A stretch of 64,000 nt of DNA from Botryllus schlosseri (lineage: Eukaryota): NCBI GenBank assembly GCA_051294905.1, contig CM119380.1:15314001-15378000 (forward strand). The letters run 5' to 3'. Positions 55,994-64,000 of this stretch are shown here, one piece after another. Position 1 is the stretch's first letter; each line of letters starts with the position of its first letter. The notes under the pieces are model-generated. The model was not told the origin of the DNA. It ran no database searches and saw nothing but the letters and a program-made list of their open reading frames with translations. The translations under genes were made by a program, and so were the position numbers.

Positions 55994-56083
55994 AGAGTAC
56001 CGACACAACGAAACTCCCTGAAGATACTTGGAGGGACAACAACTTTCGGTGCGGGGTTCCGGTCGTAAAACCAAGAATCGTAG
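55994..56083 (+). CDS. Protease exon: linker, Cys and activation site
   Basis: STDTTKLPEDTWRDNNFRCGVPVVKPRIVG; donor gtaggc at 56084. The acceptor could instead be at 55965/55966. Confidence 0.8.
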
Positions 56084-59000
56084 GTAGGCCTATATGAATG
56101 ATTGCTAGGGTTAAATAAAACAGCAGCGGAGATATGACAGACTTATAGCACTCTGTTGAAAATTACAAATGCGGTGAAGTGATGAAAAGAGTGAAGTTTG
56201 AGTGTTATTTTATTCCAACCTTTATCGCAGTGTTTTTGTCCGTTAGTATCGATAGTATGCTCTGAAATCTTATAAAATTTATTATCATCGCGTTGATTTT
56301 TTTCTGCAGGTGGAACGATCGCCGTAAAGCACAGCTGGCCTTGGCTGGCCCACATTTACAAAAAGGAGAGCGATGGTGTCTTGGCACCAGTAGTGAGAGA
56401 ATAACGATTGATGCTATTCTGTTCTATGCTGACCAGTGACCATTCGCAAGTTTTCAGAATTGCGGGGCTACAATCGTCTCGCCGAGACACGCAATTACGG
56501 CCAACCATTGTTTTATTATTGAAGCTGATGCGTATTACCTGACTGTAGGAAAGCATGATATCACCAATGATCCAGGAGTACATGAAGAGGTAGATATTGC
56601 ATTTTATTCCATGCCGTTTCGAAATCTATCGCCCTGGTAGTACCCGCAATTCTTACCTTTATCGCTGACGTATTGCCGGACCCATATTTGCTCATGACTA
56701 CTTTCAGACATTGCCTACCCGGAACAAAAATAGATGTTTCATAATCATTTAAAAGCTTGCGCTGCGGATGGTCATCCAACTAAAGTAAACAAATATATGA
56801 TTATGTCAGCTTGCACAAACGCTGCCTCTCTCAAGGCTTGATGAACCTAATCGGGATGTCTTTTTGTTTTCCTTAAGAAGACTATATAAGTTATATCGAT
56901 CATTCTGATCGGCCGTAATCCGTCATGTCTTTGGAGACTGTATGACACTGACGACGTGATAGAATGTTACTCAATGCCTTCTGTATCGCGACGCATAATT
57001 GCTCATATCATCTTCAGATCGTCCGAATACGACGGCATCCTTTCGCTATGCATGAAGCATTCTTGATTTATTACGACATGGCTTTACTGACTTTAAAGAA
57101 TGAACTTCGATTCGGAGGCAAAGTTCAACCGGCCTGTCTTCCGCCCAAGGACAAGATCGTCACGCCAGGTTTGATGAAGTCTAAGTCACTCTGTAGAGGT
57201 GGATGGGGGAAGTATGAAATCCTGTAGTCTACATTTGCCTGGGTTATAGTATGTGTTATAGTATTCGTTATGGTGCCGATTTGCATGAATATGGAGTTAC
57301 GGCATTTTTGTAACGACGAGTAAGTAGGTGTGTCCACAACTGGTCATTAACGAAGTACTTCTGTTTTCCGAGTACTCTAGTAGGTTTTGACCACTTTTTC
57401 TACTTACTGAACGTATTTAGAATACTTGAACTTCTACAGTTTTCATGCAATGCAACTTAATTTTAACACTTTAAATTTTGTAAAGTAGAAAGTACTTTTT
57501 GGATATGCACGTATCACTTTAATGAGAATAAAGGGCGAAAGAGCGCCTGCATCAAGGTAACTGAATATGTATCTTGAATTACACCTGTTTATTGTGTCAC
57601 TGATTGTTTTGCGTTAGTCGCGAAGATGCACACTGCAATTCGAAACTGGCTAACTCGGTTCTATTGCTAAAAGTATGTGATCTAGTGACAAAATATACTT
57701 TTCGAACGTAAGATGTACAATTGTACATACTTGAGAACTTTTCCGATCGGGATTTTTTTACTTCTTTACTTGAAATAGTGTTGACACGTCTTTTGAATTG
57801 CGTAAGAATTTCCTCTACTTCTACTTCAGCTGCAACGCTGACTACATTGATCATATCCGGCTGTATCGTACTTTTCCAGAGCCCATTCCACGTTATACAG
57901 TCGTTGTCACTGAGTGTGATGCACGTATCGATGTTGGTCGCCGATGTATCAATAACGTTGGAACGATTGACACGCAATGCGTGAATTTAGGGAGGCGGTG
58001 CTGGGCCGGCGGGTGGGGATCCACCCAGTACACCGGCGGGAAAAACATTCTGAAGCAAGTTGAACTTGAAATCGGCAGCTCCGAAGAATGCGTGAAGAAA
58101 TGGGGTGATAAAGCGGCCACCGAATACGCTGTTTGCGCTGGAAAAGAGAAAGGACAAGATACATGTTCAGGGGATAGGTATAATCCGTACCCATACTACT
58201 TTGCTAGAGATAATTGTCGCTCTACTCACACTAAAAGCGGATGTGGTCAAAGCATTCATTTACATTCCTAATTCAGCAGAAGAGAAGTAATTCCCGAATG
58301 TATATTCAGTTACAACAGGGCCGGCCAACCCATGGCCCGTGGCCCGCGAGAAGGTTTTGAGTGGCCCACGAGGTAATTTTTGAAATTAGTTACATTATCG
58401 AAAAATGATTACCCAGGTAATTTATTGTGAACTGGAAAGGCCAAGCAAAAATTTGATTAGCCCGACCGTGAAATTGGGGATATTGATGGCTAATATACCA
58501 GTTCCGACGAACGCATTGGCGTAGCCATGGGCCAGCCACATTTTCGTAGATTTTCGTTTATACGACCATACAGTAGAGTATTTCGCGGTAGAGTTATTTG
58601 TCTTGAAATTCTTCTTAGAATTTTGCGTGATTTATTGTCACCCGTTTTCTTGCTTCAAGTATTGGTAACCTCTCCAGAGTTGAGTCTAACTTTATTTGCA
58701 ATTATGAAAGAACGTGCCGCTCAACATGCGACTAATCGTGTGCACTCGTAAAAGGTCGTCGGCGATGAAACCTTATTGAAATAAAATGATAGACACAATG
58801 TTCGCCGAAACCTTCGATATTGACATGTTCAAGCCGCTATTAATCCTATCCTTGCCAAATCAGCCCAACCGCATACAGAGGAAACCGTAATAGATTCAAG
58901 CAACAATATTATTCAGCAGAATTCATTTATTTCTGCGAAATTTTCGCGCTACGCGCGCTTAGGATATTGATGCACGCTGGATTTTCATGACATAATTGTT

Positions 59001-61879
59001 ATCGATTTTGATGCGTAGTAAGATAAATTCTTGTTTTCACCGTTACCTAATCCGGTTCGCTCCAAATTGGCGACTAATAAAATGTCATCAATATTCAAGT
59101 GGCCCGCGCAATAGGGATGGTGTGAACGTGAGGTTCACGTTCGCGTTCTGTGTGTGAACCTCGGAAATTTGGAGGTTCGCGTTCACAACAGAACCTTGGT
59201 AGGTTCTGCACTGTGAACCTTTTTCATATATTACAATTTTCACTTCATTATGACATCTTTGGTTCGAATTTATTGCATTTTAAATGCGGGTCACTCTATG
59301 TTTATAAAAATCAACACAAGACGAGCATGCACCTTGACAATCCTAAAAATATTACTTGCTTCGTTACAAAAGTTTGCTCGAAATATCCAGCTTTCCGTTT
59401 GTGAATATTTAGTGACTCTCTGCTGTGAACTTGACCCGCAATCACACAACATCACGAGCAAAATACACTACATGTAGTCAGCGAATGATGCTTATTCAAC
59501 CAATCAATGAGATTGATAACGTTTTTTGATGTAACAAACCTAGCAGGCGTACGGGGTCAATCTTGACTTCATATGCTAACTGTATCATTAAAACCAAATC
59601 CGTGCGATTGAGGTATTGGCTACAGCTGTATAACTTGTGGGGTAGCCTAATATCGGTAGCAAGGATAGAAACCTGTTTCACACTCTGCTCAATATCAATG
59701 CAGCAACACTCAGACGCCGAACACATTGTCCGGTATGGCCAAGACCGTTAAGGCTTAAGCTTATATTCCCTGGATAAGTCCTCGTCGAAATTGTTGGCAA
59801 AGCGACGGATGATATTGATTTTATGGGAGTATTGTATCATCTGATTGCCTATAGGTTGATACATTTAGCGACCTAAAACGCCAATATGTACCTCAGCATT
59901 GTGGCATTATGTGGCCCGAGTCGTCGTTGGGTATCGTGCACATTAATATAGGCTATCACTTCATTGAAAGATAGGGTTGTAATTAGCAATATGACGTCAC
60001 GTGCCGTCATGAGGTTCACGTTCGCGTTCACGCAGAACCTTTCAAAAAGGTTCGCGTTCACACGAACCTGAACCTTTCAGAGGTTCACACCATCCCTACG
60101 GCGCGCAATGGTTCGTAACTCTGATGCGGCCCTTTGGCCGAAAAGGTTGGCCACCCTTAAGTTATACAAGAAGACGTAGTAACTTTGTGTTAGGAGGGAT
60201 GGTATGAACATGACGTTCACGTTCGGTCGTTCGCCTTCTGTCCGTGAACCTCAGAAATTTAGAGGTTCCCGTTCACAAACGAACTTTGGTAAGTTTTGCA
60301 CTGTGAACCTTTTTTATATGTTATAATTTTTCACGTCGTTATAACATCTTTGGCTCAAATTATTTGCATTTCAAACTATAGGACCACTCTGTGCATTGCG
60401 CTGACAACATAAAAAAAATCAACACTAACAAGGATGAACCTTGTCAATCCTGAAAAATTTACTTGCCTTGTTTCAAAAGTTTGCTCGAAATATTCAACTT
60501 TCTGTTCATGAATATTCAGTAACTCTCTGCTGTGAGCTTGACCCGCAATCACACATAAAGAATGAAATACACTACATATAGGTAGTCAGCATATGATGCT
60601 TATTCAACTAATCAATGCAATTTATATAAAGAGTACATCACTGGCCAATGTAAAAAATCTAGCAGGGGTGCGGAATCCGTCTTGCTTTGATATGTTTATT
60701 GTATCATAAAACCTAAATCCGTGTGGTTTGGGTGTTGGCTACTGTATGACATGTTTAAGGGGTAATATCGGTAGCAAGTAGGGATGGTGTGGAACGTGAG
60801 GCTGACGTTCGCGTTCTGTGTGCGAACCCAGGGATCGCTGGTGCGAACCTCACAAATTTAGAGAATCACGTTCACAAACGAACCTTGGTAGGTTCTGCAC
60901 TGTGAACCTTCTTCATATAGTGCCTTTTTTCACGTCATTATAACATCTCTGGCTGAAATTCTTTGCATTTCACCTCCCGACCACTCTACACATGGCGCTG
61001 GCAGCATAAAAAATCACAAATAAACGAGCATGCACCTTGCCAATCTCAAAAAACTGTACTTGCTTTGTTACAAAAGTTTGCTCCAAATAATCCGCTTTCC
61101 GTTTATGAATATTTGGTGACTCTCTACTGTGAGCTTGACCCGCAATCACACAACATCAAGAACGAAATACACTACATGTAGGTAGTCAGCGAATGATGCT
61201 ATGAAAAGTACCCAAGTAGTAGGTTTCAAAAGGTAGGCTTTGTCGAGCGGTCGCATACTATTTGCAGTGATCCGGAGATGGCCACTATCGGAATTGCAGG
61301 GTTCGTCTTCAAGACTAACCAATGACACTACTAATAAGTGCAATCTTCGAAAATATATTCAGTTACTGTGATACGCGGCCCTTACGCCCACTTTTCATGA
61401 CAATTTCACTCGCCAAAGTGTGGAAACTAAGTGGTTTCGCCTCTAAACTGTACAGAAGTGTATAGTCGAAGAACATAACCACTTTAATAATTGGTGCAAG
61501 TATAGGCCAACTTGAGTACTCTGAAAATGTAGAATTACTTCCTTACAGACCACTTATAAAAAGTACAATATAAAACGACTTCGTGATTTTTCCGTGGGGT
61601 CATCATGTCGTCTTGGCGCGATTCAAAGGCATCCCAATTAAGAAGTGGTACTGTAAAGATGCATTTTTAAATTTCAGCGGAGGGCCGCTATTGTGCGAAG
61701 AAAATGGAAAATGGATTGTATACGGAGCCACAAGCTACGGCGATTTCCCTTGCGCGACCGGGGAGTTAGCTGTATACGCGGCAATATCATTTTCATTGAA
61801 TTGGATCTGCTGTTTCTTGGATGTACTGCCGCAATGCCGAGACATACCGTGCACGCCTTTGGAATTTCGACATCCTTAA
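55994..61879 (+). CDS. S1A trypsin-like serine protease (activation peptide and catalytic domain, 6 exons)
   Basis: RCG...KPR/IVGG activation site, SWPW, TANHC (His57), YYDMALL (Asp102), QPACLP, GWG, GDSGGP (Ser195); D189 suggests trypsin-like specificity. Confidence 0.92.
56310..56392 (+). CDS. Protease exon: GGTIAVKHSWPWLAHI
   Basis: tttttctgcag/gtgaga; 65-nt downstream intron. Confidence 0.9.
56458..56589 (+). CDS. Protease exon with catalytic His
   Basis: NCGATIVSPRHAITANHCF...VGKHD. Confidence 0.92.
57018..57168 (+). CDS. Protease exon with catalytic Asp
   Basis: RRHP...YYDMALLTLKNELRFGGKVQPACLP. Confidence 0.92.
57991..58177 (+). CDS. Protease exon CWAGGWG...QDTCSGD plus first 2 nt of the Ser195 codon
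   Basis: Ends GGG GAT AG|gtataa. Confidence 0.93.
58316..60158. mobile_element. hAT-type element (CAGGGCCGGCCAACC...GGTTGGCCACCCT) hosting a family A copy
   Basis: Imperfect TIR; GGCCC subterminal motifs; flanks AGTTACAA/AGTTATAC. Confidence 0.65.
59112..60098. mobile_element. Uninterrupted 987-bp family A copy
   Basis: Both TIRs present; collinear with 4900..5210 plus 8320..9202. Flanks share CGCGCAA but no exact 8-bp TSD. Confidence 0.88.
60195..60778. mobile_element. Left-end partial family A copy
   Basis: AGGGATGGTATGAAC start; aligns to 59112..59660. Confidence 0.8.
60779..61200. mobile_element. Left-end partial family A copy abutting the previous one
   Basis: TAGGGATGGTGTGGAAC start; aligns to 59112..59490. 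Confidence 0.8.
61678..61879 (+). CDS. Protease terminal exon
   Basis: atttcag|C GGA GGG CCG: (S)GGPLLCEENGKWIVYGATSYG...VY...WI, Cys-rich tail, TAA. Confidence 0.93.
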
Positions 61880-62347
61880 CATGATATTTCTTGTAGTGTT
61901 CGCCTAAAGAGTTGGTCATTTAAGGAAAGAGCAGGAAAATGTCTCTGATAATAATTGTCAATCGCTAACAGTATGGATGACCCTGTAAACTTGGCCCGGT
62001 CCCTAATTATTGCAGATATGTATTTGAAATTAGGGTTAGTACTTACCAATAGTAATGACTATGAGTAATGACTTAACTATCACACTTTATTAGAGAAACC
62101 AGATGTAACTCTCACAACCCACAAGCTCTATATAAACTCGCTGTTCTCTCGTTCGAGATACTCATTTAATGCAAACTACAATCTTAACAGCTTCTTGGAG
62201 GTACAGAACTTCAATAGACAATTGAATAGTATTTTCAATTATCCATATTGAAATGAGCCCCAATATTTTCGGCAGACCCTCGTCAGGGATAATCGTCATC
62301 ACCTATAGCAGCGAATTGGAAAGAACATTGTATATCAACAATCGTTT

Positions 62348-62353
62348 AATAAA
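62348..62353 (+). other. Possible polyadenylation signal of the protease gene
   Basis: First AATAAA noticed downstream of the stop (~470 nt); no transcript support. Confidence 0.25.
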
Positions 62354-64000
62354 ATATTACGTCACCAGCAGGAAATTTCGAATAAGAGAGCGTTCAATGT
62401 ACTATTTTTAGATGGTACAAGAACTCCTTTTGTTGATACAGCCTTGGCTGGTGTATTTTGATAAAAGTCGACTCAAAGGCACACAAATGAAAGTGTGAAC
62501 GACCCCTTTCGACGACAAGAAATCTGTGGTCTCGATTGATTTCAATATGAATATGCTATTCAAACTACAATCTATCTGCCTATCTGAAGTATGGCCTTAT
62601 TGCGGGAATGCAGTATGGATTGAGACAAGAACCTCAGGATGGAAGGACGTAAGCTAACTACTAGCGCAGCTCAACCTATAATATTCGGTTAGCTACTTTA
62701 CTACTGCAAGTAATCCACGAGCCGTAGTCCTATCTAGTGCCCTAGCACTAGAAAAATTCCCTCAACGATTCATGGTTCAACGCCTAGCACAATTTCGCGA
62801 AGATTATCGACTTGACACAATTTTACAATACATACAAAGCTGTTTTTCTTTAATCGTAACTGCCTCGATTTTGTTTGACTCCTTAAACCGAAGCATTAGC
62901 ATTCGTCGATGTGAAATGTTCGGTCGTAGAATCGCTTAGGCTACTCGACTATAACGATCCTCTCGGCTCTATGCCTACATTGGTAATCGCACCTGGTGGG
63001 TGGTCGGGCTCATATATAATATAGATAGAGTCTTTCGCTAGCGGAAATTCTCTAGCTTCGAGCGATTGTTAGCCGTGGATCATAATTGCTGTCGTTTATA
63101 CAGGAGAATGCCGGAGGGAGCACAAAGAACCCTTAGCTATGGCCGCTCGTCGCTTGGCACGTTCAATGGTGCTTAGCTTTCGAGTGACTGGATGAACTTG
63201 GCGATAATAGTCAGAAATTGCTACACAATGAAAAAGCGAACTTAAAGTTGACGTACTGTAGTAAGCGGATAAGCTTTAATCAGAAGAACCATCGCAATCC
63301 ATATAGTCTTTTCATCTCTATGATACTGAATGCCTTAAAATACTTGATTCATATTAATACTCCCAATTACGTTGTCAAAATGAATCAAAAGTATTGATTT
63401 TCAATTATGTATCAGCCCGATTACAGACCCCCACCAGCTGAATACTTTAGAAAACGTATTGCCAAGGCTTGTTTTCATCCTTATCCACATTTATGACCAA
63501 ATGTTTAATACAGGATAAATCAGAGTTAACAACTGCATTCATTATTCATGATAGCACTGAAGTTGATGTATGGGAATAATCCCATGCAGTTTAGTTGGAC
63601 CTGTGGAGTGGATATACTCAGATATCGCAGATATCACTAAAACCACGGACAGGTGTCATTCGTCGTTTGTAAAGTGTCTACGGCTCAATAGCCACCGACA
63701 TCACGTCTGCGGCCTGCCCGGGTTCATTCAGTGCGCTGTAGCGCGGATATCAGGTCCAGACCATGTATGGACGTAGCCTACTTGGTGCGCAGATATGGGA
63801 TCCGGAGCATGTTGGGTACAAATAAATAGGTATGCGCAAATATCATGTCGCAATGACTAACGTTCTCATTAGGAAGGCTCCCAAAGGGTTTAGGAAGATG
63901 ATTCTATAACAGTAAACAGCACTTGTATCGCTAACTTGCAGAAAAACCATGATTTCGATGCAGCATGCAGGTAAATGTTTACACCTACTTCTATATAGGC

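Noticed and set aside
62000-64000. Possible further exons at the window end
   Set aside because: Candidate splice-flanked segments hit stops in all frames tried, and no protein motif was recognised.

Overview
Animal (probably invertebrate) genomic DNA; the species cannot be determined from the sequence. Three things dominate the window. (1) A complete + strand peroxidasin gene. I reconstructed 31 coding exons by hand (1893..50806, all GT-AG, phases consistent, 4965 nt = 1654 aa): signal peptide, LRRNT, five 72-nt LRR exons, LRRCT, five Ig domains, a heme peroxidase domain with intact catalytic motifs, and a coiled-coil tail with no VWC domain. (2) A 23-copy, ~150-bp-period tandem array of tRNA-Ala(AGC) genes inside peroxidasin intron 27 (40576..44030), on the host strand. 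It contains a 1071-bp higher-order duplication, copies with internal 21-nt duplications, and one copy that has both a Val anticodon and loss of the G3:U70 alanine identity pair. A second, decayed tRNA-Ala cluster lies at 52216..52640. (3) A + strand trypsin-family (S1A) serine protease (core exons 55994..61879) whose catalytic Ser codon is split by an intron. It may be preceded by exons for a membrane anchor and a Ser/Pro/Asp-rich stalk (52670..55929). Introns are packed with nested hAT-type non-autonomous transposons (TIRs plus 8-bp TSDs), LINE 3' ends, a short palindrome family and minisatellites. Most ORFs in the supplied track are spurious or cover only parts of exons. All coordinates were read by eye; no database searches were run.
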